NCBI GenBank assembly: GCA_033442325.1
Contig: JAWQFM010000032.1
Location: 384,112-448,111 of the forward strand
Length of the DNA stretch: 64,000 nucleotides
Reading direction: 5' to 3'
Source of the DNA: Salpingoeca rosetta
Taxonomy: Eukaryota; Protista; Choanoflagellata
The notes beneath the pieces are model-generated. The model saw only the letters and a list, made by a program, of their open reading frames with translations, had not been told where the DNA came from and made no database searches. Made by a program: the position numbers and the translations under genes. Shown piece after piece: positions 1 to 22,426 of the stretch; position 1 is the stretch's first letter; each line of letters starts with the position of its first letter.

Positions 1-111
<111 letters not shown>

Positions 112-235
112 ACAAACACGCCACAATGCCACTGAACCACTGGCCGATGCATCACAGGAAAATCCAAACATGCACAGGCACAGGAGGCATCCAAGCTATT
201 CACTCGAACAGCAGCACATGCCAAGTGTCACCGAC

Positions 236-309
236 CTAAACTCTCCCAACTTTCTCAGCGATCCTTCCTTGTAGACGGTCACCCGCCTATCAGACAACGG
301 GCGCTGCAT
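236..309 (-). CDS. First exon of a probable PH-domain protein; gene runs off the left edge
   Basis: ATG at 309 gives MQRPLSDRRVTVYKEGSLRKLGEFR, resembling PH strand beta-1 (VxKEGxLxKxG). It is followed by a GT donor (ag|gtcggt) at 235. Divergent from the gene at 587. Confidence 0.45.
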
Positions 310-586
310 GATGGCGGTGGAGTGTGATGAATTGAGGCGGAGGCGACGTGCACAGCAAGTTGAAGTTGGTTGGTAGCTGCAACAAGTTGTTGTTTTTTTT
401 TTTTGTTGTTGTTGTGTGGTTTGTTGTTGTGTTGTTTGTTGTTGTTTGGCCCCGCCTCGCTGGCTGGCTGAGGACTCGAAGTATGGACAATTACCCAAAG
501 ATTTCCACTTAATTTCGTAACTTACTGCACTTTGTGGTGTCGTGTGCGTTTGCTGACTCACCGACCGATCGTATCGTTGGTTGGAT
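310..586. promoter_or_regulatory. Probable bidirectional promoter (PH-domain gene / spartin-like)
   Basis: 277 bp between divergent ATGs, with an AT-rich core at about 485-525. Confidence 0.4.
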
Positions 587-5695
<5,109 letters not shown>

Positions 5696-6322
5696 TCGCA
5701 CTTGCCACAGACAGGGTGGGTTTGCTGTCATGTGCATCAGCCCCTCTCTCCCTTCTTCGTTGCGGTTTCCCTCCCTCCCTCGCTTCCCTCTCTGTTTTCA
5801 TGTTAGACAGCGGTGTATGGGATGTGTTACATCGCAATGTCACCATGGGAATTGCTGTCCTTGTTTCCACCCCTCCCCGAATACTTTGAACATATGTGAC
5901 CATGACGGTTGTGGCTGCGGCTGTGGTTGGAGTTGTTGTACAGAAGTGGTTACAGTAATAGTAGTTGTGGTGGCGGTTGTCGTTGTAGTTGTTGCAGTTG
6001 GAACAAACGAAGAATGAGCACCCAACAGGACAGCGGAATGCTTCGCAACACAAACAAACAAGCGGGAATATGGGATTACAAGCGTGTGGGGCACAGTGAC
6101 GCTGAAGGTGACGACACACACACAGACATGTGGATGACACGAAGCAACAGACTACACAGCAACATACAAACACGCGTATCACTCTCGAGAGCGCGTGCGC
6201 GTGCGTGTGGGCGGAATCAGGGAGGGCAATGACACTGGGCGGGGAAGAACGTGGTAAATGTGGTGTTGTGTTGTGTCGTGTGGAGGAAGGGCCGGTGGGG
6301 GGGGGAGCGTAAGGAGGGGCCC

Positions 6323-8958
<2,636 letters not shown>

Positions 8959-9184
8959 GGTCGTGGTTGTTGTTGTTTTGGTTGTTGTTGAGGTCGGAAA
9001 GAAGGGCAAAATAAGTCATTTGTGCACAATTCTCTGATTCGATGCTGAATGGAGAATTTTAGCAATACTGCTTTCACTTTTCGCCATTGCCTGGGTTTTC
9101 CTGTGCCAAGAACTGCAACGCGGACGAACAAGACAAACAGAAGACAGAGCACCACCAACCAGCCAGCGTCACCACGCCGCCGCG
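8959..9184. promoter_or_regulatory. Probable bidirectional promoter (prosaposin-like / SPT5)
   Basis: Only 226 bp between divergent ATGs; AT-enriched and free of dinucleotide microsatellites. Confidence 0.55.
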
Positions 9185-9700
9185 ATGAGTGATCCACGCG
9201 CGGTGCTGTCGAGCGACGAGGAGGATGAGGTGCCAGAGACGCAGGCTCCCATGAGCAACGGGTCGAAGAACAAGAAGGCAGGAGAAGGAGGTGGCAGCCT
9301 CTTGGCAGATTACCGCGACGATGACTATGGCGATGACGAGGACGAGGATGAGGACGCGGACATGGACGAGGACGATGAGGACGAAGACGACTATGACGAC
9401 GACGAGGATGACTACGCCTCGGCCAAGCGCCGCAAGGTGTGTGGGTGTGGGTATGTTTGTAGTTGGGTGAGGGTGGAGCAACGGAAGTTGTCGCTGGCTG
9501 CTGCTTTATTGCTTATTGGCTGCTGCTTTGCTGCTTATTGGCTGCTGCGTGTTCTTGCTTTCTGACTGTCACTTGCTGCGCATGCGTCATGGCGCTCATC
9601 GTGTGTGTTTCCTCATGCAGAACACTGGCGGCCGGCGCCCACGCAAGCGCAAGAAGGCGAGCGGCCGTGACTTTATCGACGAAGCTGGTGTGTGTCTGCA

Positions 9701-9768
<68 letters not shown>

Positions 9769-10305
9769 CGTGCGTCTCTGTGTGCGTCTCTGTGTGCGTC
9801 TCTGTGTCTGCAAGTATTCCATGTGAGCAGCGTCTAAGAATCGGACATGCCGTGGCTGCGTTCAACATGCATTCACTCGTACACTGCTTTCTTCCAACCG
9901 CATGCGACTCTGCAGAGGTTGGCGACGAAGAAGAAGAAGTGGATGATGATGAGGCTGAGCTGCACATGCCGGAAACGGCATACGACCGCATGGCCGAGAA
10001 ACACTGGGCCACCACGCAGCAGAAGCGCCAACAGCGCGGCGGTACGCTGTGTGTGTGTGTGATTGCAGTGTGTCGCGTTACCGCATAAGCTGCGAGCTGG
10101 CATTCACTTGGCTTGCGTGGAATTCACTGTGGCATGTGGTGCACTGTGGCTGCGCAGATGTCCTGGCGGAAATGGAGAAGCGATACAGAGAACAGGCGCA
10201 GAGGTAATGCTACTATCGTCCACGAACACTGCACCCGCCACCACGCTCGCATCCACCAACCACTGGATTTTTTCGAGTCGCCAACAACGCGCACTTGCCT
10301 GTGCT

Positions 10306-10396
<91 letters not shown>

Positions 10397-10633
10397 GCAC
10401 ACACACACACATTCACACACACACACACACATTAACATGCGCTCACGTGCACATGCCGCCACGCCTGCGCCGCGCCAGGTACGAGGAGGCGTCTGCCGTG
10501 TCGCAGGGGGCGGGCGCCGCCATGGCCGAGGACCTCGACGACTTTATCGAGCGCGACGAAGAGTCAGTGGATCACACGCACGCACATGATGGCCATTGCA
10601 TACGCGTCTGTGCCAGCGTAGCTGTGTGCATGC

Positions 10634-10699
<66 letters not shown>

Positions 10700-13600
10700 T
10701 CGAGTGAACATGTTGAGGTGCTCACGCACTATCTGAAGCGTTCGTGATCTCAAGAATGTCAACAATATACGCCGTGAACCCCCCCCCCGCCCATACCCTC
10801 GCTCATCACAACCGCTGCTGCTGCTGCTCGTGCTTGTGCTCGTGCTTGATGTGTTCAGGCCTGGCGCAATGATGGGCGAGGAGGAGGCCGGCATCTCCCT
10901 TGCAGAGCCCGAGATTCAGCCTACAAAGGAGTGCGTTTGCGTCTGCTAGGCACCCACATGTGTCTTTTGTTGTCTGGTTGCGTGTTGGGGTGGTTGAGCG
11001 ATTGGTGGCGGTTGCCCCTTGCATGCAGGCATGTGGTTGCCTGCTGTCTCTAGTGAGGGCTTTGGACTTGTTTTGGTTCACCGCCCACCTTCTTACGCCA
11101 TCACTCACACCCAATCACACACAATCACGCACGATCACGCACAATCACACACAACACACACACACCCAATCACACACAATCACGCACAATCACACACAAT
11201 CACACACACGCTCACACTCACACCCAATCACACACACGCACGCACACGCACGCAATGTCAACGCCACGCCTGGGGGGGGGCATGGGAATGTGCAGTGACC
11301 CGATTGTGTGGGCGGTGCGGTGCAAACCCGGCGGTGAGCAGGAAGCGGCGATCAAGCTGATGCGCAAGGCAATGCAGGCCGCCATGAAGGGCGAACCCCT
11401 CGCTATCAAGAGCGTCATCGGATACAGGCAGCAGCGGGTACGCACGCGTTGGGCGGGGGGGGGGTGCAGGTAGTGGTGGTGTGATTGCTGTTGCTGTTGT
11501 TGTCGGCGGCAACGGTGATGGTGGTGATGATGGCTTGCATGCTGATCGAGAGAAACAGTGAGTGAGACTGACAAGCCAGCACAGAGAGAGAGAGGGGGGG
11601 GGAGTCAAGAGAGAGCGGGCACAACTGGGTGCAGTTAGGTTTTTGTTCACCGTTTACATGTGATGGCGCCTGTGCTGCTCGTCTCACTCCTCGTGTCCAC
11701 CTTCATTTCCAACATGTACTGCAGGTTGTTGGTGGGCGGTCGTACATCTACGTGGAGGCGTACAGCAGAGAACACGTCAAGCACGTGCGTGCTCCTGCAG
11801 TCGCCACTGCTGTCGATGTTGTGCTGGTGTTGTGTGGAGGGGGGGGGAGGAGATGCACCGCTTCTTAAAGCGCTGCTTTGGGTTCACAGCAAAAACAACA
11901 CACACGCACACGCACGCACATGCATGCATGTTGACATGCACACATGCATGTTGGCATGCACACTTGCATGTTGACACACACACCCATATACACTCAAACA
12001 CACGCGTGCCTTGGTAAATCTTTTTGTCTTGCCTGCAGGCAATTGCTGGCATTGAGGAGCTTGTGTATGGGCAGTGGACGCAGGAGCTGGTGGAGATGGA
12101 GGCACGCCCCGCCCTCCTGCGCGTCAAGAAGAGGAAAATCAACGGTGTGTATGTGTGTGTGTGTGCGTGTGTGTGTGCGTGTGTGTGTGCGTGTGTGCGT
12201 GTGCGTGCGTGTGTGTGTGCGTACGTGCACATTGTGACTTCTGGAAATGATTGGTGTTGCTCATCTTCGTGCAACTCTGGCGTGCTCACCAAATCCAAAC
12301 GCGTGCAGTGAAACCGAACCAGTGGGTGCGGATTAAGCGCGGCATCTACGCCAACGACCTCGCAAAGGTATCTTGCACTGCGCACACCCATTTACACACA
12401 CAAGAACACACACATGCATGCATGCACACACACAGGAACACACACACACACACAGGAACACACACACACACAGGAACACACATGCACGCATGCACACACA
12501 ATGTCATTCATGCACGCATGCACCACGACACATGCACACGTACTTCCGCTCACGCACCTCTGCCAATCACCCCTGCCCATATGTGTGTGAAGGTTGTGCG
12601 GGTGAATGCGACGGTTGACCCGCCGCGCGTTGAGGTGCACCTCGTCCCGCGCATCGACCTCACCCCGCAGCGCCGCAAGAAGTGAGCAACCTGTCATCCA
12701 CTTGGCCCGTTTTCCGTATTTGTGTGTTGTGTGTGTGCCTGTGTCTGAGTGTGTAATGCTGCTGTGCTGCGTGCTGGCCGTTGCTGACCTGAGCAACACC
12801 ATGATCACCACCGCCATACCACCACGATGCTTTGCAGGAATGCGCGCAAGTTCCGCCCGCCCCAGCGCCTCTTCAACCGCGATGAGATTGACCAGGCCAT
12901 CCCAGACGCGGTGCCCACCCCTTGCACATGACACGCACGTGCACACACACACACACGCGCATTGGCATGTTGTGACTTGGACCACCCGGACGCAGTGGAC
13001 GCACTCTTCCACGCGCAGAGAAACCTGTGCCTGAGAACTCACCCCATCTGTCCATCTGCCGTGTATCTGTGTGTGTGTGTGTGTGTGTGTGTTCTCATAG
13101 GAGGTGATGTGGGACAGCTTGCGTGACGAGTACCGGTTTGAGAACAACGCGTACACGGAGTCTGGATTCCTCATCAAGCGCATCCCCATTTCGGGCGTGC
13201 TCACCTCGGCTATCAAGGTGCGCGGCCTGCCACACATGCACTTGTTTGTGCACGTGCACTTTGCACGTATCAGCACTGCCATCGACGGAGTTTGTGGTTG
13301 AGGTGGCTGATCGTGTCTCGTTGGTGGTGTGATGTGCCCCTGACTCCGGGCATCCAGACCTTTTCACCACCACCATTCTCGCCATTCTTACCATGCACCA
13401 CCACCACCATTCTCGCCATTCTTACCACCCTCTCACCGTCTCTCGCTGCAGCCGACGCTTGAAGAGCTGTCGATGTTTGAGATGACGGAGGATGCGCACG
13501 TGGAGATGGAGCTGCCTGACGAGCCCTCGCTCCAGCCCGCATTCGCTGTTGGCGATCGCGTCGAGGTCGTCGGCGGTGACCTCAAGAACCTCACAGGTAC

Positions 13601-15081
13601 GCGCACATGCTCGCGTGCTTGCGCCCACGCACACGCAATGGCAATCGCACGGTGGAGGGGAATGGTGCACAACATGCGCACATGATTACGGAAATGAAGA
13701 GAGACTGTGCACAACGTGCGCACATGAATACGCATATGAAGAGGGGCGATGAGCAAGTGCGCCCCTCTCCTGTCTTGACTGCATGCCCCTCCCTACCATG
13801 CACCCACGATGCACCATCCACCACCATCCACCACAGGTGAGATTCTGTCCATCAACGCGAGTTCGCAGCAGGTGGAAATCCGGCCCGACAGCGACGAGCT
13901 CAAGAAGACGGTCAGTGCACCGGCACTGGAACGCTTTGTTTGTTTGGTCACTTGCTTTGGTTGGCTTGGCTGCTTTCTTCGTTGTTTGTTTGCTTGTTCA
14001 GCTGGTTGGTTGTGTGTTACAGAAGGGTGAGGAGGGGCACGCGGTGTTGCATCATTGGCAGCGGTTGTGGTTTAGAGCGCGTGTTGTGGGCGTCGTTGTG
14101 ACGGCTTGATGCCTCTGCTGCTTTCTTGTCGCCTCTCAACTCAGCTCTACGCATCGATTCCTCCTCGCCATCAACTCATCTGCTCATCGCCACAAACCGC
14201 CACCACCAACAACCAACACCAACAACAACACCATTGCGTGCGTCCGCTGCAATCAGGGCATTACGCGGATCCCGTTGCCCATCTCGGAGGTGCGCAAGGC
14301 GTTCCACATGGGCGACCAGGTCAAGGTCAACCACGGCAGATACAAGGGCGAGACCGGCCTTGGTACGCACCCGCATCGTGACGGTGGTGGTGGTGGTGGT
14401 TTGTTTGTTCGTTTGTGTGTGTGTGTGTGTGTGTCTGTGTGTCTGTGTGTCTGTGTGTCTGTGTGTCTGTGTGTCTGTGTGTGCGTAAGTTGTTATCTGC
14501 TTACCTTCTGCCGCCCTGCCCCGCCTCTTTTGAAAACAGTTCTTCGTGTGACGGATGACTTCGTCAGCGTGCTCTCCGATCTCTCCCTCAAGGTCAAGAC
14601 ACACAACCTTGCACGCACGTGCACATGCGTGCGTGCAATCATCATAATTACTGCATCTACTCTTCCATCTCATCTTACCCTAGCGTCTCCTCTCTTCACG
14701 TGTGTGTGTGTGTGCAGGAGATTCGCGTGCTTGCAAGCGATCTTGAGATGACGACGACGGTGGCGTCTGGCCGCGACGTGCTCGGTGCGTTCATGCTGGT
14801 GATGGTGGTGGTAGTGGTGCTGATGGCAGTGGTGCTGGTGGTGACGTATGGCGCTCGCTTGCGTTGCCATTATGATGCGCCTGTGCCGTCTTCAGGTTGA
14901 TGCAGTCATGGGAACATGATATGAGTGCTCACACTCACTCGTGCCTACTGCATCCACGTCTTCACACATACACACACATGCGTGTTCACTGCAACAGGGC
15001 AATTCCGGCTGCACGATCTGGTGCAGTTCAACAACGCCAACGTCGTCGGCTGCATCATCCGCATCGAGAACGAACAGCTCA

Positions 15082-15126
<45 letters not shown>

Positions 15127-15184
15127 CCACGCACTCGCTTGCGCGCAGCAATCATCATCATCATCATCATCACCATCGTCGTCG

Positions 15185-15220
<36 letters not shown>

Positions 15221-15996
15221 CCATCACCACAACACCCCTTCCCTTTCCGCTTTCCTCAGATCCTTGACCAGCGCGGGCAGGAGCGTGATGTGCGCCCGCA
15301 AGAGGTGCGGCCGCGCCAGCGCCGCGGATCACCACAGGCGCTCGACAAGCACCAGAACGTCATTGGCACGGGCCTCAGCGTCAAGGCCGTCGACGGGCCA
15401 AACAAGGTGCAGCCGTGGCGGTGGCGGTGGTGATGGTGGCAGTAGTGGAGGTGCGGAGGAGGAGGAGGAGGAGGAGGAGGAGGAGGAGGAGGAGGAGGAG
15501 GAGGAGGAGGAGGAGGAGGGGGACAGGTGGTGGTTGCATGGGGGTGATGACAACCGCTCAGCGATTGAAGAGGCAGTAGTGGTGTTGGTTTTGGTGGCGT
15601 CTGAGCGTGGCAGTGGGGATGACATCACGCCACACCACACACGAGATGCGTTAAGTTTCTAACAGGCTGCTTTGAGTCCCCTCGCTCACCTTGACCACAC
15701 CCCACTCATTTTCAGGGCCGTGAGGGGAAAGTGCTGCACATCCACCGACGGTTTGTGTTTGTGCGGCAGCCGTCCATCCTTGATCGCGGCGGCATCTTCG
15801 TCGCAAATGCAAACCACCTTCAGGTACGCACTCCACATGCACGCACGCGCGTGGACGCGCGTGGACGGGGAGAGAAGCGGGGGTGAGAGCCGGAGACAGA
15901 CAGAGAGGGAAGAGGGAGGGCATACGCACGAGGGCATAGGCACGAAGGCACATTACACGCGAGCGTCCCCATTCAATCTGTCACACACACACACGC

Positions 15997-16062
<66 letters not shown>

Positions 16063-16934
16063 TGCAACTCACCCTGACATAATTTCACCGTCCCTTCCCC
16101 TTCCCCTTTTCGCCATTCCAGGTTGTTGGCGCGTCGACCCGCCCCGCTGCAAACATGACGGGTGCAGAGTCGCCGCGTGCCGTGCTCAGCCGGTCGACGG
16201 GCGGCGCTGCCCCTCGCGGTGGCGGCGGTCGTGGTCGCGGGGGCCGTCCGCGCAGGGACCCGCTCTTCCACAAGCTCGTCATCGTCACCAGCGGGCCGCA
16301 CAAGGGTGAGCTGTTGTGATGGTGTGGCAAGCAGTAGTCGTGGGGGTGACAGTGGTTGTGGGTGATAGTGGATGGTTGTTGGACTTGTCTCTGTCTGTGT
16401 TGGTCGCTCGCGTGCATTGTTTGTTCATCTGCGGTTGTGATGGCGGCCATGCAAGCAATTTGTTGTCGACTCATTCTTTCAATGTGCTGTGTCCTTCGTT
16501 TGTTGTTGGCGGTGTGCCTGCAGGCAAGCAGGGCATTGTGAAGGATGCGACACCAACAAATGCGCGAATCGAGCTGCAGAGCCTTTGCCGGACAATCACC
16601 GTCGATCGGCAAGCCATCAAGGTGCGCACACATGCACCACACACGTGCATTACAGTTGATGTTGATTGACGAGCTGTGCCTGTGGCTTACCACCGCGAAG
16701 CCCCAGCTGCCAATCGCAGTCATTCAATACGAGAATCACCGCCATTCCTAGTCATCATCCTCATCCCCTTTTTGTCATCCCTCATCCTCTTCATCGTCAT
16801 TGTTGATGGCTGTCGGTGTTCAGGAGGCTTCCACGCTCAACCGCGCCACCACCTCCCTCTCAACCCCGTTTGGCGGACCTCAGGTACACTGTACCAAGGG
16901 CGTGAACTGTGTGTGTGTGCGCGCGCGCGTGCGC

Positions 16935-16974
<40 letters not shown>

Positions 16975-19497
16975 ATGTGGGTGTGGGTGTGGGTGTGGGT
17001 GTGCGTATGTGTGTGGGTGTGTGTATGTGTGTGGGTGTGGTTTTGGGTGTGGTTTTGGGTGTGGGTGTGGGTGTGGGTGGGGGGAGGTGTTGTGAGCGTG
17101 TTGTGGGTGTTGTGGGTGTCTGTGTCTGTGTGTCTGCCTGTGTCATGTGTGTGGCCGTGTCAGTGTTTGTGGCTGTGCGTGTCTTTGCTGCTTGTTTGCA
17201 CCCCCTCTCCCCAAGCCAGGCACCCATGGCCACTCACATGCACCCATGGCCACTCACACGCACCCGTCGCCCAACGGTGACTCGTCCAACACTAGATGGG
17301 CGGTGTTCAGCACGGTGCACAGACGCCGCTGTACGGCGCACAGACACCGAGCTATGGCGGATCCCGCACGCCACACTACACGGGATCAGAGACGCCGCGC
17401 CTTGGCGGTCAGTTGCAGCCCCCTCCGATCGCACATGCTGTGGCGCGTGTGTCTGTCTGTCTGTGTCTGTCTGTCTGTGTCTGTCTGTCTGTTTGTCTGC
17501 CCACCTACTTGCCTGTGTCTGTGTCTGTCTGTCTGTCTGTCTGCCCACCTACTTGCCTGTGTCTGTGTCTGTCTGTTTGTGTGTGTCTGTGTATATCTGT
17601 GTGACTTGTGCTTCGCTGTTGGGGCTTCCAACTGCAACAATGGCAAACTGCATCCAACCGCTCGCTCACGAGCCCATGTGCGCTCGCCACTCCCCGCTTC
17701 ACCACCATATGCCACTTGACATGACGACAGCGGAGACGCCTGGCAGCCGCACACCCGGGTACGACTACAACGACTCTGCGTGGAACCCCAACGTGCCCAA
17801 CACCCCTGCCCCGGACACACCCGCCGGGAGAAGGTATTCGACGCGTGGTATTGCCCTGTCGTGATGTGATGTGTTGCGCTGGTGTCATGCTGTGGTGTGG
17901 AGTGTGTGCTGTGACATCACGTGTTCGGTGATGTCTGCTTCCTCGAACATCCATGCCATGCAAGCCTTCACACAATGAAACACGCTCACGTTCGTGTTCG
18001 GGTATCGTTTTTCGTTGGTAGCCCTGCCTTCCAGCAGACGGCCGAGTGGGACGTGTCCGATGTCACCAGCGAACCGGTGGGGCAGCCCTCGCGTGTATCT
18101 GTCTGCATCTGTGTGTGTGTGTTGCGTGTGTGTGTGTGTGTGTGTTGCGTGTGTGTGTGCGTGTTTCTGTCTGTCTGTCTGGTTCTGTCTGGTTCTGTTT
18201 TGTGCATGTTTGTGTCTTTGTCTTTTCATCTGCGTACATGCTTGATGCCGACATCAACCTATGATCCACTGCTATCGGCGTGATCTTCACGCCCCTTAAC
18301 GTGACATGCTATTGTGTTGCTTCTCACCGCCGCCACCGCCACCGTCACCACCACTCCCTAGGCGAGCGTGCGTGCGGAGACACCCCACGCTGGGCCTGCC
18401 ACCCCTGGGCAGCCGAACACCCCGGGAGACAGGAGCTACAACGCAGGTCTCCCACTCTCTGCCTTTTGTGTCTGTCTGTCTGTGTGTGTATCTGTGTGTC
18501 TGTCTGTCTGGCTGGGTGTAACAAGAGCCCGTTGTTACCGTCTCCTTTTATGTGTGTGTGTGTTTGCCTCTCACATTTTCTTGCTTGCGTACGTCCTGGG
18601 TTTGGTGCAGCCTTCACCCCGGCATGGGAGTCAGGATACAGTGGATCCACGCCAACCGCAGGAACGCCAGGTCGGCACACACAGTCACGCCCATGCCAGC
18701 GAATGCACACACTTTGCACAACACACGCACGCACTCACGCACACAAAACACATACACAACACAAGACAACACATACACATACACAACACACACACACGCA
18801 CACCCTAATGATCCCTCTCCCGCCTCTTCAATGTGCACTCATCAGGCTTTGGTGCGCCAGCAACACCTGGCACGGGCTCCACCCCTGGCATGCCACCCGC
18901 CACCCCCGGCACACACATGCCTGCAACGCCCGGGGAGGCAGTCGGCACGAGCGGTGCTGGCGGTGCGCCGTGGCTCGTGCCAACCGTCTCCGTCCGCGTC
19001 GTCTCGTCCGGGCAGCAGGTACCGCGCTTCGTGATGATGATGATGATGATGATCATGGCCATGATGATGATGAGGACCACAATTGTGGTGGTTGTGGATG
19101 TGCACATGCGCGCTTGCTTGGCAGGGCACACGTTTTGTTGTTTTGCTCGGTTTTTTTTTTTTCCTGGTTCGGTACTTGTGACTGTGATGTCTTCTTTCCC
19201 CTCGAGCAATGAATGACTCAGTTTCGTGTGCATTCCCACGACCACCCCTACTTGTCGCTCACCGCCTCCACCATGACCACCATCATTGCTGTGCACACCG
19301 CTGCTTCCACGCATGAGCAGGGCACGATTTCAAATGTTGACGGCGGCAGCGTCTCTGTTGCGCTGGATGATGGCAGCGCCACCACCGCCCCCGCCGAGGA
19401 CCTTACGCCCATCGACCCCGTCAAGAACGACCGGGTAAGCTCGCACACACGCGCACACTCGGATGTGGGGATGCGGGGAGGAGGAGGAAGGGGGCAC

Positions 19498-19547
<50 letters not shown>

Positions 19548-20293
19548 TGTCTCTTTCTCTCTCTCTCTGTGCCTCTGTGCGCGTGTGTATGTCTCTGTGT
19601 GCCTCTGTGTGTGTGTGTGTGTGTGTGTGTGTCTGTCTGTGTCTGTGTGCCTCTGTGTCTGTGTCTGTACGTTGACATGAACGTGCCCATATGCAACGCT
19701 TCTTCGTGTGCACGTGGCTGTCTTTCGATGAAGAGTTGGCGTTCTCACGCTACACCCCACTCCGCTCATCCACTTAACCCCCACTCCACTCATGCAATGA
19801 ATCCCCGTACCCGTTTCCTTCCCCCCCCCCCCACACACATTCTGGCGTCGCACGTGTGTGCAGGTGTATGTGATGGAAGGCGACCAGCAGGGCATGCGTG
19901 GCATGCTCGTCAGCATCGACGGCGTGGAGGGCGTCGTCAAGGTGTGTTGCGCGCACCTGGTCCGCTGTTTTGTTCTTCTTGCCGAGAACGCTGCCCCACG
20001 CGTGCTTTGTCGATGCACTACGCGGCTTGCACATGCACAGATGAACGCACAACACACACGCACACGCACACACACAAAAATACTCACTCACATCACATCA
20101 CTCACTCACTCACTCACTCACTCACTCACATCACATCACATCACACACACACACACTCACTCACTCACTCACTCACTCACTCACTCACTCACTCACTCAC
20201 TCGCACTACCGACAGTTCTTTGATCCACCTTCGCTGAAGATTATCCCCATGGCCCAGCTGACGCGCTGCGCTGCCGACGCTGCCGCCGCTTAA
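9185..20293 (+). CDS. SPT5: Transcription elongation factor SPT5 (more than 20 exons)
   Basis: Acidic N-terminus with FIDEAEV. NGN domain ([22 protein letters not shown]). KOW motifs ([73 protein letters not shown]). CTR repeats ([22 protein letters not shown]). C-terminal KOW ([26 protein letters not shown]). Stop TAA at 20291-20293. Confidence 0.95.
15455..15518. repeat. (GAG)n microsatellite in an SPT5 intron
   Basis: Directly visible, between the exons encoding DGPNK and GREGK. Confidence 0.9.
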
Positions 20294-20528
20294 CGAGCAC
20301 CTCCCCTATCTCCTTCACCCCTCATGCTTGTTTGTTGCTGATGGCGCTATTGTTTGCTGTGTTGTGTGATGTGTGCGTGTGATGTGTGCGTGTGTGCGTA
20401 GTGTGTGTGTGTCATGTGTGTGTGTGTGTGCTATGCGTCACCGCCATACACACAAGCAAGCAAGCGAACGGCGTTCACTCTTGTCGAGAGCAAGCAGAGA
20501 AGATCATGCCCACACACAGAGGAAGGGA

Positions 20529-20605
<77 letters not shown>

Positions 20606-21147
20606 GCACGCACAAACACACAGGAAAAATCCGAACCGGCGAAAATTAGAGTAAATTTTGAACCAATTTTCTTATTCCACCCTAAAGTTAGCTTCTTGTG
20701 CGAAACCAGGCGAAAGCAGGCAAGACATTCTCATTCGCACAAACACACGAAGCAGACGAACAAGGACGACCGAGCAAGAAGCGAAACCGACACATCCACA
20801 GCACCACAGCAGTGAGGGACTTCGACAGCTCTGCTCTGAGGCCTCCTCCCTCTTCTTCTCCGTCTTCGTCTCCCTCCCCCATCTTTGGCATCACTCCCGT
20901 AGTCGTGACATCGATCGTCCTTGCTTCGCCCTTGCTGTTCACGTCAGGCAGGAAGCAGCCGCTCGCCCAGTGTTCAACGGTTCCATTGTTGCTGTTGAAT
21001 GTGAATGCAGCCCGTCACTGGTAACAACCCACCACAACCACAGCCACCACCCCGTCGCCGCCCACACCTTTCACCTCCGACCTTTCTCCTCCAGTGCACC
21101 ACCATCCCACCGCCAACGCCACACTGGTCCTCACCACACCATTGGGG

Positions 21148-22389
21148 ATGAGCAGGCGTCCGCCGATACAGACGGCGCCATCACGCAAGATGGTGTGTTT
21201 GCGTGTCCATGGATTTGCATGGTGTTCTGGGGTTTGCTTTGGGAGTGCACTCTGTGTGTTTTCGTTGCTGCCGTTTATTCGCTCGGGTGCACACCCGCTG
21301 CGTACGTGTGTGGTGCTTCCTCATCGGCCTCCACCCCTTGACCGCTGTCTCACCACTTTGCCCGACCTGTCAACAACACGCATCTGTCTTCTGCTGCTTC
21401 TTCTCGCTCTCTTTTGCTTTTTTTCCTATCCACTACGTTCCTTGCCTTGCATCTTTGTGCCTCAGGGACAAATCGTCAAATCCAGGCCACCACACGAGGC
21501 AGAAAGGCAGAAGCCAACATGGCGTGGCCTCGACCTCGAACGTGAGTGCTCACCGCGCCTGTGCTCTTTGTTGCTTGTCGTTTTTGACAGCACAGCGGTG
21601 GCGTGTTGTTGTGCGTGTGCACTGGTCGCATGGCGTCTGTTTATCCATATCACCTGTACTCTTCCTCACGCCGTTCATGCTCATGCCACAACCCTCACGC
21701 CACGGTTCACAGAAGCCGGGATCGTGGCCATCTCGCCGGCCCTGTTTCAGATGCAGCACCTGACCCACCTGTACTTGGCCCGCAACAGACTCACAACCAT
21801 CAGCCCGGAGATTCGACACCTGCGGGCGCTGAGGATTGTTGACCTCTCCTACAACCGCCTGCGGTCCATCCCGCCGGCCTTTGGCGACCTCACAGAGGTT
21901 GGTGTGGGTCTGTGTGCATGGTTGTTGTTTTTTTGTGTGTGTGCATGTGTGTGTGTGCGTTTGTTTATTTGTTTGTGTGCATGTGTGTGTGTGTGTGACG
22001 CATGCCATTGCCCCCGCGTGAAGCACGTCATGCCCACCTCTGTGTGTCAATCGAGCGAGCGCATGCATACCCTGTCGACAGTCCATGCTAACTCGAGAGC
22101 GTTTGCTGCGGTGGTTGTTTGCTTTGGCTCTTGCTGCTGTGTCTGTGTCGTCGTGATCGACGCTACGCCTGTGCACTTGCTTCTTTTGACGCCGCAGTTG
22201 AACGAGTGCATGCTGTCTGGCAACGAGCTGTCCACACTTCCCTTTGAGTTTGGCAAGCTGTACCAGATCAAGTTCCTTGCGCTGGACAACAACCCCTGGA
22301 CAGAACCCATTGCCTCGCACGTGGCAACCGGCACGGAGGCGCTCATGCAGTGGCTTCTCGACCAGGCTCCAAGTGCGTCACGTGTGTGC

Positions 22390-22426
<37 letters not shown>

